Shown here piece after piece: positions 51,923 through 64,000 of a DNA stretch of 64,000 bases. A program made the position numbers and the translations under genes. This DNA is from Dipteris shenzhenensis. Lineage: Eukaryota. Position 1 is the first letter of the stretch; every line of letters begins with the position of its first letter. The stretch lies in assembly GCA_047967505.1 (NCBI GenBank), contig CM106538.1. One strand, written 5' to 3'. The notes beneath the pieces were generated by a model that saw only the letters and a program-made list of their open reading frames with translations, made no database searches and was not told the origin of the DNA.

Positions 51923-54164
51923 TGCTGCAGTTATCTCATTGTGCAACTCTGTCTTATTCCACTAACTAACAGTTTGTGTTGCACATGTGGAGCTCTCCTT
52001 CAAGAAGATGATGTAGTTGTTAATAGATCAAGGGCAACTTGTTCCCTTTATCATTAGATAAAAGCTTCTCTTCTTGAAAGACTCTAATATGTGCATGCAC
52101 AGGCACAAGGTTTAATAAAGTAGTTGAGTACCTACATATATAAGACATAGTGAGAGCACCCGAATGTACCACATGCATGGTAAATCTCTAGAATTCAAAA
52201 AATTCATATAGCATTTCCCTCTAGTTCATGCATTTTCTTTTTCTAAAGCACGACTATTTATGCTACCTTATGTAGGTCAACTTGGCCCACTATTAGAAAG
52301 TATTCCTATCACTCCCCAAACATAGCAATTGTGATTACCCCGAGACTTGCATCTTATACTTGACAATTTCATTATATTAGGGATCCTCTCAAGGTACCAA
52401 ATTCATTCGTTCCGTCATGAAAAATATACTAACACATAACATCATTGACATGTTCTATAAAAAACAAGGTCTTGCACCAAGAAACCTTGCTCAAAGTTCT
52501 AAATCAACTTCACAACAAATCAAGTTTTAGCATTCCATCCGATGTAGAATTACCATTCTTATCCACACTCCTCCCACATAGTGTATAGAAGTCAATATAG
52601 GATTTCATGTTGTATTCTTCACATCATGTACTACGCTTAAAGCCAAATAGATATAAGTAGTCACTAATAAGAAAGTGATATTTAATACTCTTTGGGGTCT
52701 TGAAAGGTTCTAGAATCAATCCTTGGACAATCATGAACCCTAGAATAGACTTTTGAAGATGTATCCCTTAGGGTTGACGCAACAGTTTCCAAAAAGCGAT
52801 AGGTGAAATAATATACCTGATCTTACTTGAAAGATGGTGATCTCTCTTTGTACTTTTTCAGGAAGAAGTCATGTAGGTTGGACAAAATCAAGATTCATGT
52901 AGAGGCCTGCTTGCACTAAGATCCAAAGACATGTAGTCACTAGGCAATATCCTTGTCCCATCCTTGTACATTCTTGTCACCATGCTAGCCAATTTGGCTT
53001 TTGGTAAGGTGCTGAAAGATAGGCAACTCACAATATAGCGGTATAATTTTGATCAAATCTGGATGAGAAGATGTAACCACTACCTCATAAGGCCGCATCC
53101 ACAAAGGCAAACTAGCCTTTATAAAAATGTATTCACAGCACCTTAGTGTTAGAAATAATGGAATGGTCTACAGTTGATATTAAAGACTCCATGTGTTTAC
53201 ACTCTACACTTGCTATTGCAATACCCTATGCAAGTGGACTCACCATATAAATGAGACACAAGTTGCATTGTAAGGTTCTCTTGTGTGCAATAATCACTAG
53301 TCTTAACTATCATTTGCATACAAAATCACCTTGAACATCTTCAAAATTCAGGCATTTAGGCTTAGCCTCATGGCTTAGCAATAGGAATTGGAAAAGTGAG
53401 TTCTACTACAAGATGATAAGGGTCTTGCAATGAAGCCCAATAGAATTGTGATCAAGCAGCTTATCGAGCACAAATCCTAGTCTTGAGAAGAGCCAAATTT
53501 GAAAACCCTCCTTATCCTCTCCATATGCTCCCAAAGTGCTCCCACAATTCACCACCTAGTGCCTTTGTCTCCTTCGGGATAGAACCTCCACTGCATTAAT
53601 GATAGAGTGCACAATAGAGGTTCACAGACTAAGTAGACCCACGAAATGAAAACTTGAAAAACTACCAATTTTTTGGAAAACTCCATAAATGAAAACTTGA
53701 AAAACTTTCAAAAGGCACTAAGACCGATATACACAAAGAAAGTCAATGGAAAGAAAAACATGGGTGATCTCCCTCAATAATTCAGATTGTACCAACAATT
53801 CTCAATTGTATGATTACCATTATCATTGCAAATTTGACCTTGGACAATTGCATAGATTTGCCTTCTCTTCAATGTGTACTACATTTGGGACCTTAAAATC
53901 TTGTGGATTCAATTTCTTTTATATCCTTGTGGGTATTTCTTCAGCACAATATATTGGTAATGCACCTTGTAGTGACAGAAATATGGAATGGGGAGACAAT
54001 AGAAATACCTCTAAAATAGATTCATAAACACGTTAAGATGAGTAGGTATATGTATTCCATAGCCAAAGAAGATGCCTAATAGAAAATCAAATATCTGCCC
54101 TGTCACATTTTAGAGGATTGTGAGTATTACTATTTGGTGTTTTACTTTATTTTGATCTAACGAT

Positions 54165-54530
54165 GAATCGTGAAGACGAAAATGGTTGTCATTTTAAAAC
54201 TTATGTCAATTTGGGATTTGGAATCTGCTTCTTGATAAAGTTGACAAATATAAAATTCTATTGATGATGAAACAAACTTTTTATCCAAAAAAGGAATTTT
54301 TGAAATATGAATGGATGCAAATTTCAGTCCACTAAAAGGAAAAAACTTTTGTCATGTAAGACTTCCATTGATGAATCAAAATTTACCTTTTTAAGATGAA
54401 ATTGTATTGTATTCATGGAAAGTTATTTTTTTTGAATGAGAATTTTTGTGTGTTCACGTTTATCAACAAAGTGGATTCCAAAATCTAAAATTTCATCAAG
54501 TTTTGAAAACGACAACTGTTGTCATATTCA
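54165..54530. mobile_element. MITE-like element with ~65-bp imperfect inverted repeats
   Basis: GTTGTCATTTTAAAACTT..TTTGGAATC..TTGATAAA (54185-54240) pairs with TTTATCAA..GATTCCAAA..AAGTTTTGAAAACGACAAC (54458-54516). Confidence 0.6.
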
Positions 54531-55681
54531 TGCTTTTAGATCTAGCCATTGTAAACTTAATACTATATTTTTGCAAAGGCTAGATTTCTAAATTGAGCCA
54601 TTGGATCAAAGTAAAATGATAGATTATAGTAATCATGATTAATTAAAATTTGACCATTTGAATCATTGGGTTTCTATCTAGATCTAAAGGCATGTTTGCT
54701 TTGAATAAACCTCTTTTATGGTCATGGACTCCATATCCCTACCCATCTTAATGTCAAAATATATAACTTAAACACTTTGATCAGCTTTGTACAAAAAGAA
54801 AAGTTATTTTTTAAGACAAAACAGTAGCCCCATGTAAAAGTGTTTCATCAAATTATATTGGATCTCAAAGTAACATCAATTATATTAACTATCAGTTTGT
54901 GGATAGCATGCTATATATAACAACTATTCTAGAAATGTATATTGGTACAAAACTTATCAATGAGGACAGTGTTATTACTTATGTGGAAGTCAATTGATAA
55001 AAAATTATTTCAACTAGTGCGCCTAATGGAAAGTATGATCCAAAGATCATTATACAAGATGACAAAGGAAAATGGCCGAAGAGGAATACTATCTAGTGGC
55101 TCAAACACCATATTAGAGAATTTGGGAAAATCCTAATAATTTGGGAACTTTTGAGGGGTTGTAATTATGTAACATTCAATGTTTTTCATTGATTTTTCCC
55201 ATAGATTTGGCAGTCCATCCAAATCTTGCAAATGTGCATGGTTTGCATCAACATAAATAAAATGTCAAATGTTGAGGTTTCGACCAATGCATGGTATTTT
55301 TTGAGGAGTTTCAATTACAATGCATTGAGTGCACTCCATTGACTTTCTCCTTGGATTTGGCTGTGTATATGAAACTCACAATTTGGAGTGTGCCTGTTCT
55401 GTATTAACCGAGAAAAAAACATCATATGTTTGAGTTTAATGAAGCATTTTTTGCCTCTTGTCGAATCAAAAACACCATTTTAGTTTAGTTGCAGAAAAAG
55501 TAAGAATGCAACACTAGTCCATGATATTTTATCGAGTGTGCAGAACTTGCAACCACAAAGCAATGGTCTGCAAAAAAAAAGATAAAGAAAAAAGATCAAT
55601 GTCATACCTTCCAAATATTTATCAATATTCAATTAAATTATCATTGTGCAAGGAAAAAAAAGTCATGCTTTTCAAGTACCT

Positions 55682-58600
55682 TCACTCCATTGTGGAGTCA
55701 GCATCAGAGTCAGAATCTATTCTATGAGACAAATTGGATAAAGCTCGCTTGTGTGCAATGGTTGGTATCTTCACCTTGATGGGGAGGTTGCTACTCTTCG
55801 AGGAAACCTTCTTTGAGAGGTTACATTTTGGAACCCATGACCATACAATAGCATCAATAGATTCCCAATGTGGAGGATCACCTTTATTGCACATCCAAAT
55901 CTTGTTCCAACAATCTCCATACACCTCCTCAATTTGTGCATTGTGTCTTTTGCATATAGGTGCCCAATATTGTATGAAAACCTTCTTGAATTTTTTAGAT
56001 TTATTATCCTTCTGTACATCAGTTTGAGCAATGCCTAGCCAAATTGGGTAAATTTTTTCTGTTGGTTAGACCAAAAGAAAGTGTCCTTTTTGTACATCAA
56101 CCATTGGATTAAATGATTGTTTTGGCTTTTTCCTTTGAGGTCCACAGTAGTGATCATTCAACTCTTCAATTCCTTGAAACTCATCATTTTCATTATCAAC
56201 TACTTGCACACAATCAATATGTTGCGTCTTTGGCCAAAATCTCTCATACATGCCCTCTACACTATTGTTTGGTTTATCAAGCTCATCAATCATGTTCTTC
56301 TAGTACTTCACTACTGGCTTGTAAAACTTTGTGAAAGATGCTTCTGGACCTTGCAAGTGCACCCATTTTTCCCAAAAGCATACATACTCCTTGATACCAA
56401 CTATCACATCTAAGTGATCCTTCACATACTCGAACATGATTACACAAGGTGGCTCTCCACTTGGTAGCATTGGATGAACATTCGGATGTCTCTTCCACAA
56501 CTCAATGCCACCTTCACTTGGTTGGCAATCTAATGATCGTGGATGCACTTTATATTGCATGATAGGAGCTTCATTTCACATAAAGAACCGAAATTGGAGA
56601 GGCTTTGAGTGTCCCACTAAAGAATCCTGTCCATTGCATAGGCATCCATCAACATAGCTCTTGAAATCAGGGACTTCCGTTACCAAAAATGGCATTGGAG
56701 AAGACTCCTCACATTGTCTAAAAGTATCCATGAGATGTGCAAATGTTAATGTTTGGCTAGTTCTTAACCTCTCTGAAAACCTACTAAACATTGCATCAAT
56801 ATCCTCATGTGTATGCCCAACCATCAAGAATCCCAATTGAATTGACTTGAAAATCCCTCGAGCAACAAGTAATGATAGGTATGCAAACAAGTACCTATTC
56901 TTGTTTTCAGAACCACAATTATCCAACTGCAACAATAGGTGTTCGGGTAGTTTCTTATAAGGATTTTATTGATGGGAACTTCCAAGTCCAAGGTCTTTGA
57001 ATGTTCCACCCACTGCTCCAAGATGAAGTTGTTGCTTGCCATTAGAAACATAGTGAGAATCCAATGCTTCTCTTGAGGTTAGCGTGTTTAGTAGAGCGTT
57101 GTTAGACCTTGGCATCCCATCATGTACCAAATCTCCAAGTGCATGGTTATCAAATCTTTCAAGATTTCTCAAACACAAAGCCAATGAACCAATTGTGAAG
57201 TTAGGATCTGACGGCCACAAGGATAAAGAAAAGTGACCATAACATCCTTGACCATGTCCATGTGTTATCATTCCAGTCAAAGACACTAGGAGCTGAAAGA
57301 ATTTGTCTATGTCCTTTGAACGATTGCATAATCTAGGGATGGCTGTCTTCTTTTGGTCCATCTTATCATGGATAATGCACAAGTATGTCTGAGGATACAT
57401 TTCAAAAAATCTACGCCAAGTGTAGTACACATTTCTACAACTTTTTTGTTGTAACATGTGCTTTCTTCTATCTTCCATCAACTTATTACGTTCATTTTGG
57501 CATTTTGGCCTTGATTGCACTACATAAACCACACTTAGAGAATTCACTTGTTTTTGACAAAGTTAAATGCTTGAATTCAGAGTGCCATATGTGGATGAAC
57601 GTGGAAGTTGACATCTCCTTACAACCCAAACTATGCTTTAATTGCATGTTAACCTCATAGAGAATATCAACTTGCTTGTATACATCTGGTATCACCAACT
57701 GTGTTTCCCTTGATCCATCTTGAAGTGTTCTACTTTTGTGTGGAATACACTCAGAATTGTTATCCACAAAATCTTGGATTATGGCTCTACCTAAATCTGT
57801 GTGGTCCCAACCTCTCCGCACGATTCCTTTATTACCGTGCATGCACCTTCATATACCAATTTCAAATTGCTCCCTGTATCAATAAAATGTTGTTTTTGGA
57901 ATACCATGCATTTCATACCATGCTCTACAACAAACTTGAATACCATTCAATGAAAAGACATATTTGAACTGCCTATTGTCATCTTTTCGACAAGCAACCC
58001 CAAGAGTGTCATATACATAATTGGTGCGAGCCTCCAAACTTTGGCCCCAATACTCTATGCGTAATTTGCATATCATTTGACGATCGGCAAATCGATAACA
58101 ATTTTGTTTACAACAATCAATCATAGATACTTTTGTGACTGCATCCCTTGTGAGTCTAGATGATGCCAATTGCATGCCATGTTTTTTAGCTTTCCTTTTT
58201 ATCATGCAGTAACGCCTCTTTTTTGTGGATTTTTCCATTGGATCCTCATATTCCATGTGCTTTTTCCCAGAACCACTTGGAGAATTCATGGTGTCATTGA
58301 TTCTTAATGAAGTTCCATCTAAAAAGGTTATTTGTGCAATGGGCCATTTTATTAAGTGGATGGTATCGATGCCTGATACATCACTATGATACTTTTCAAT
58401 TCCCACACCTAGATTACCTTCACCAAGCATCTCAAAATTTATAGGTTCAAATTGGTAGACATACAAAACAACACCCTCTGCAATGCTCTTGGTTTTCTGC
58501 TCATCCCATATTAAAACTTTATTGTCCTTCCATGATTCTCGAATGGAAAGCTCATCATATTCACATAGAGGTTCAACATCAATGGTATCCGATGTTATAT

Positions 58601-58889
58601 CATTCATTGGTATAATAGCTCCATTGACATTGTCCACACAACTCATTGATTAGGCTTTCCAACAAACAACACTACCCAAAGCCTCATAGACTAAGAATGC
58701 ATCCATTGTAGGAAATGGAAGAAGTGCACTTTCATCCATACAAATATCGATCGCCACCGATACATTATTTTCTCCCAAGGGCACACCTTGGCACATGTCA
58801 TCATGTGATGTAGAGAATATTGTCCCAATGGCAACAATCTTTCCACTGACAAGCAAGTTGACTTTAACCCCCACTTTCAATGTGGCACC
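55682..58889 (-). pseudogene. Large DUF7869-type (Sola-like) RNase H-fold transposase candidate, ~1070 codons, with two N-terminal Tnp1/En-Spm-like beta domains
   Basis: Eight ORF-track pieces join into one reading frame with a single frameshift near 57500. Motifs: IVAIGTI..QGVPLGENNVSVAID..LLPFP..GSVVCW; CCKQNC; NGIQVCCRAW..HGI; HGNKG; FSKCGLC; IHDKMDQKK; LQLDNCGSENKN; FLMVGHTHEDIDAMFS. A splice acceptor lies at ~58890. Confidence 0.8.
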
Positions 58890-58939
58890 TACATATTACA
58901 TAGCATTTATTATAGTTCAATATTGATATCTGATGGTGT

Positions 58940-59682
58940 GACTGGCTACATGGCCAAATCTTCACAGACCATGGTGCTTTGAAAGGGAGATAGCAAGATT
59001 TGTCCACACTACCAAATCTTCCGAGACACTGGTGCTTTCAAGAAGCCATCAAGATTTATCCACACATCCAAATCTACTTAGACCTTGGTGCTTTGAAAGA
59101 AGCCAAATCTCCACATACCCTGGTGCTTTGAAAGAAGCCCACAAGATTTGGCCACATGGTCAAATCTCCCCAGACCCTGGTGCTTTGAAAGGAGCCAACA
59201 AGATTTGGCCACATGGCCAAATCTCCTAAGACAATAGTGCTTTGAAAGAAGCAATAAGATTTGGCTACATGGCCAAATTTGCTCAGACCTTGGTGCTTTC
59301 AAAGAAGCTAGCAAGATTTGGATGCACGGCCAAATCAAGACCTTGGTGACTTCTTTCAAAGCACTGAGAAGATTTGGTTGTGGTGTTCTTTCAAACTTGG
59401 GGAGATTTGGTCGTGTGGCCAAATCTTGTAGGCTTCTTTCAAAGCACTAGGGTATGGGGAGTTTTGGCCGTGTAACCTCCTCTTGCATGCTTCTTTCAAA
59501 TCACTAGGTTTTGAGAGATTTGGCCGTGTGGCCAAATCTTTCAAAGCATTAGGGTTTGGGAAGATTTTGCCATGATGCCAAATGTTGCTAGCTTCTTTCA
59601 AATCACTAGGAAGATTTGGCCACATGGCCAAATCCTCTTTCAAATCACTAGGAAGATTTGGCCACATGGACAAATCTTCAAA
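58940..59682. repeat. Left palindrome array (~45-57-bp units), orientation flips at ~59345
   Basis: Core AGATTTGGCC-N4-GGCCAAATCT. The linker is TGCTTTGAAAGAAGC up to ~59340, then its reverse complement. Confidence 0.95.
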
Positions 59683-60374
59683 CGTTAAATTTAAAAATTG
59701 AAAATCCGAATTTTAAAATTTAAAATTTAAAGTTCAAAATTCAAAATTCAAAATTTAAAATAAAAAATTCAAATTTGAAATTTCAAAATTTAAATTTCAA
59801 GTTTCAAGTTTCAAATTTTGAAATTCAAATCTAGAGATCCTACTTTTAAAAAATTCGTACATGCTTTTCATGATTCACGCTATTACACTTTAAAATCATA
59901 TTATTACTTTAAAAGCAAACCAGAAAATCTAAAACTATTAAAAAACCAAAACTTTAAAAGGCAAAGCTAAACAAACCTTTTAAACCAAGCATAAAAAGTA
60001 AACCTATGAGAAGGAATTGAATTCATCTTCATGGGGGATCAAGTGCTAGGCTTACCTTGTTCTCTCCCTTCCTAGATCTCAAATGTGTAACTAGGGTGGT
60101 TTGAGAGCCTTAGGACAATGTCTTAGATGGGGTAGTTCTTGGAAAACACTCCTCCACCCTTGGTTAGCTAATTGCAAGCAAAAAAGTTTAAAACTATGTC
60201 AAAATAAGAGGTCTCGGGAGGCTCCCCATCCTAGTTTTGTCCTAACAGTGTGCACTTAACTATGCAGGTTTTAAACTTCCATTACCGATTCAACTCTCCA
60301 TAAATTCCACATGCAATAGTTGGATTAGAAAGAGGTCCTTTTTTTTTTTTTTTTGGCTCTACATTTCCCTCGGT

Positions 60375-60612
60375 TCTCCTTCCAATCCTCTGGATGAAAT
60401 CCTTTCTCCTGTTACACAAAATCCCCTCAATTCTGCTTCCACTCCTCTGCTGGATGAAATCCCCTCTTGACACTCCTCTCTCCTGGCCAATCCCCTCTTA
60501 TATGAAGTGCCCCCTCCATCCTTCTGCCGCTCCTCTCGATGAAATCCCCCTCAGTTCTCCTTCCACTCCTCTGGACGAAATCCCCTCTCCTCTTGCACGA
60601 AATCCCCAATTT
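60375..60612 (+). repeat. Degenerate minisatellite (GATGAAATCCCC core) in the central spacer
   Basis: About 6 copies of GA(T/C)GAAATCCCC-like motifs with CTCC-rich linkers. Confidence 0.8.
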
Positions 60613-61051
60613 CTGGCGCTCTTCTCTTTGTGCTTCTTCCCTTTGGCTCGTCTTTTGTTTGCCAGCAAGAAAGACAACTCCTATAATTGCTATAGCTACT
60701 CTCTATACATCTCCTACGATTGCTTGAAATCCAAAGAGCACAAGCTCACGAACAACAATGGCTACTCAATGATCCAAGTAAGAAAACGAAAGAAATCAAA
60801 AGTGTACCTAATTCATGCATGTTCTCCATTTTTTCCATTTCGGAACACCACGATTTGAAAGAAAGAGTCTTGTAAAAGTAGGAATCTCGAAGTGTGATTT
60901 GAAAGTAGGGTCTTTAGTATATGATTTGACTTTCAGATCTTGAAATTTGAATGTTGAATTTTGTATCTAAGATTTTGAATTTTGAATCTAAGATTTTGAA
61001 TTTTTCAGATTTGAAATTTGAATCTTAAGATTTGAATTTTAAATTTTAAAT

Positions 61052-62285
61052 GGGGAGATTTGGCCATGTGGCCAAATCTTCTGGCTTTTTTCAAAACATA
61101 CAAGATTTGGTCATAGGGCCAAATCTCCCTAGACCTTGTTGATTTGAAAGAAGCTATAAAGATTTGGCATCACAACTAAATCTTCCTAAACCTTGCTGCT
61201 TTGAAAAGATTTGGCCACACAACCAAATCTTCCTTGACACTCGTGATTAGAAAGAAGATAGCAAGATTTGGTCGCATGGCCAAATCTCTCTAGACCCTCA
61301 TGATTAGAAAGAAGCTAGCAAGATTTGGCTACACAGCCAAATCTCCTTAGACCCAGGTGATTTAAAAGAAGCTAGAAAGATTTGGCATCACAACCAAATC
61401 TCCCCAAATCCTGCTGCTTTAAAAATTTGGCCACACGGCCAAATCTCCCTAGACCCTTTGATTAGAAAGAAGCTAGCAAGATTTGGCCACACAGCCAAAT
61501 CTCCCTAGTGCGACCAAATCTCCCTAGACCCTTGTGATTAGAAAGAAGCTAGCAAGATTTGGCCGCACATCCAAATCTCCCTAAACCCTCGTGACTTATA
61601 AAAAGCTAGAAAGATTTCACATCGTAGCCAAATCTCCCCAAACCTTAGTGCTTTGAAAAGATTTGGCTACACGGCCAAATCTCCCCAAACCCTGGTGCTT
61701 TGAAAAGATTTGGCTGCATGGCCAAATCTCCCCAAACCCTGGTGCTTTGAAAAGTTTTGGCTGCATGGCCAAATCTCCCCAAACCCTAGTGCTTTGAAAA
61801 GATTTAGCCGCACGGCCAAATCTCCATAGACCCTTGTGATTAGAAAGAAGCTAGCAAGATTTGACTACATGCAAATCTCCCCAAACCCTGGTGCTTTGAA
61901 AAGATTTGGCCACATGGCCAAATCTCCAGAGACCCTCGTGATTAGAAAGAAGCTAGCAAGATTTGGCCGCACAGCCAAATCTCCCTAAACCCAAGTGATT
62001 TAAAAGAAGCTAGAAAGATTTGACTGATTTGAAAGAAGCTAGCAAGATTTGGTTGCACAGCCAAATCTCTCCAGACCCTAGTGCTTTGAAAGAAGCCCAC
62101 AAGATCTGGGCATAAGGCCAAATCTCCCCAAACTTTGGTGCTTTGAAAGAAGCCCATATGATTTGGCCACACATCCAAACCTCCCCTTCTAGTGCTTTAA
62201 AAGAAGCCCATAAGATTTGGCCACACGGCCAAATCTCCCTAGTGCAACCAAATCTCCCTAGAATCTAGTGCTTTCTCAAATCTAC
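61052..62285. repeat. Right palindrome array (~46- and ~57-bp units, over 20 copies)
   Basis: AAGATTTGGCCACA(C/T)GGCCAAATCTCCCCAAACCCTGGTGCTTTGAAA(GAAGCTAGC) is repeated. Confidence 0.97.
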
Positions 62286-62321
62286 TACTATGTCTAGAGT
62301 CAATTCTAGATTCTATTTTAG

Positions 62322-64000
62322 ACACAAATGTGAAGAAGGTTGAGAAAGTTGTAAGTGGATTTGGAGAAAAAAGCATACCTTGGTACTTTGACATATATAG
62401 TATTGAGGGAGCATAGTTAACACGAGTTCACTTATTTGTTTTGTTACCTAATAAAAGTGCATACACTTGTGTTGGATCGGCACATTAAATCACTGAAGAT
62501 GTGGTTGGAAAAGAGGGAGATATTGGATTGTTGACCATTATAAATCAAAAATTTCTCTTGGATCCCAGTGATTATGAAGCATCTCGTATGAAGTCTGATG
62601 TAGATGACAACATGCACTCAAGAGGCTTGATAAGTGTTGAATCAATTGATGGAAATAAAATTGACACAGTGACAACAATGATTGAATCATATCGCAAAGT
62701 TTTAGCAACATTAAAAAAGTGTAAGAGTGGGGAAGGAACAGAGAAAGGAAAGTCGACTATGGTTCAAGCACCAGGTGGTAGCAGAGAAGGGGCAAAGAAA
62801 GGAAAGCTAACTGTAGTTGATGTACCACAAGAAGGAACACCTCCAGAGGGTATGCTAGCAGTTGTGGAAAGAAGCAGTGGTAGTGAATTGTAGCCAAGTG
62901 GAAAGGTCATAGGAAAAAAAGAGCAAAAGAAACCATCAAGCTTGGTGGAATATGAAAAATACTATCCATTCGGGTTGCATGCAAGATTTCCAATTCCGGT
63001 TGCAAGATGTGTATATAGAGGGTTGAACAAAGAGCATGTCGAGAAGCTTGCTACAGACTTTGGTTATAACTCTAGGCCTCCTACTACTGTAGCGGATTTA
63101 ATGCCTTTCAATCCTAAAACAAAGCAGCCCCTGGAAAGGGTAGATAAAAAGGATTTAACCAAGTGCCACTACTGGATACTATCTGGACAACATTCAGTAT
63201 ATGCTACTAAAATATTCACAGCTAATGGTGATAACAGCACGGTCCAAAGAAAGAACTACTACCACACCCACCAGGCGAGGATTGTAGTGAATTGTCCCGC
63301 ACGCTTTTGTGTGGAGATATCAAAGATGGCAAACCTGGAGTCTCAAAATATCTTGAGACAATCTCCATACATTGATATACTTAAGCAGGTGAGGGGACAA
63401 TGGATTCTCTTTAACAAACCCAAGAAAGCACAATAAGGGCTTGCAAAAGGACATCCAGATCGTGAGAATTGGGATGTAAGTACAGATTTTAATTATGAAT
63501 CATTTTTTACAAGTCTGTTTTCTTAATTATTGCATTCTAATGGATTTTTATCTTTTGTAGGCTTTCATTGACACTGGCAAGGTAACATTGGGCAATAGCT
63601 TTGCCACGAAGGATGTACATATGATAATCATAAGCGATGTCATTTATGATGGTTGGATCTCCATCCTTGAGGATTACATTGCAGGAAAATATTCACAAGA
63701 TGGAAAATGCTATAGGTAACCCATAGTCTCAATGTTTAGATGCTTGCATGGATTGAGTGATGACCAAATTAGTCAAATTCAAAATGACATTAAGGAAGGT
63801 AGAGTAGTCATAGCTAAAACAAAGACTGATGCCATGATTCTTGATATTGAAGGATGAGCTATGCAGATCAAGAGAGATGCTGCACTATAAGAAGAACTTT
63901 ATATGTTTATATCGGCAGAACAACCTTCCTTAATGTTAAAAAATTGGGATGAGTGCAGATTACATTTTAAAATTACTCTAGAATTGTATCATCAGATTTG
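62322..64000 (+). pseudogene. ParB/Sulfiredoxin-like domain protein, decayed; intron 63476-63560; runs off the window
   Basis: 62324-63474 is one frame with TAG/TAA stops. VYRGLNKEHVEKLATDF..HYWILSGQHSVYATK..ARIVV..ISKMAN matches the ParB/Srx N-terminal pattern (R....v..L, y.ii.GqH/R..A, ..N). Confidence 0.65.

Noticed and set aside
52400-53650. Possible further retroelement ORF remnant
   Set aside because: Too decayed; I could not identify a diagnostic motif.
59032-62178. ORFs within the palindrome arrays and central minisatellite
   Set aside because: Repeat-derived, with no consistent frame.
58940-62285. CRISPR-like array (palindromic repeats at regular spacing)
   Set aside because: The linkers between palindromes are themselves repeated rather than unique spacers. 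There are no cas genes and the context is eukaryotic.

Overview
Eukaryotic, repeat-saturated land-plant DNA. The UGT PSPG box, glycine-rich protein, Ty1/copia, chromoviral Ty3/gypsy and LINE remnants support this; a fern/lycophyte-type large genome is only my guess. Almost every coding sequence is decayed, often by TAA/TAG/TGA codons one C>T change from CAA/CAG/CGA. The one clearly intact host gene is a 106-aa secreted Cys-containing, MiAMP1-like protein (37148-37468, -). Two DNA-transposon-like systems stand out. (1) 8317-~16767, plus an inverted, transposase-less second copy at 19753-24962, is a TIR element. Its 4-exon transposase carries all core motifs of RAG1/Transib. Its cargo is a divergent histone H3 lacking the K4/K9/K27 tail motifs, a BAH-like/ubiquitin-like protein and a third unknown gene, so it looks like a transposon carrying its own chromatin kit. 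(2) ~55680-64000+ is a head-to-head pair: a ~1070-codon DUF7869-type (Sola-like) transposase and a ParB/Srx-like protein. They are separated by two arrays of a 24-bp palindrome in a mirror-symmetric block. All family assignments come from motif recognition by eye; no searches were run.
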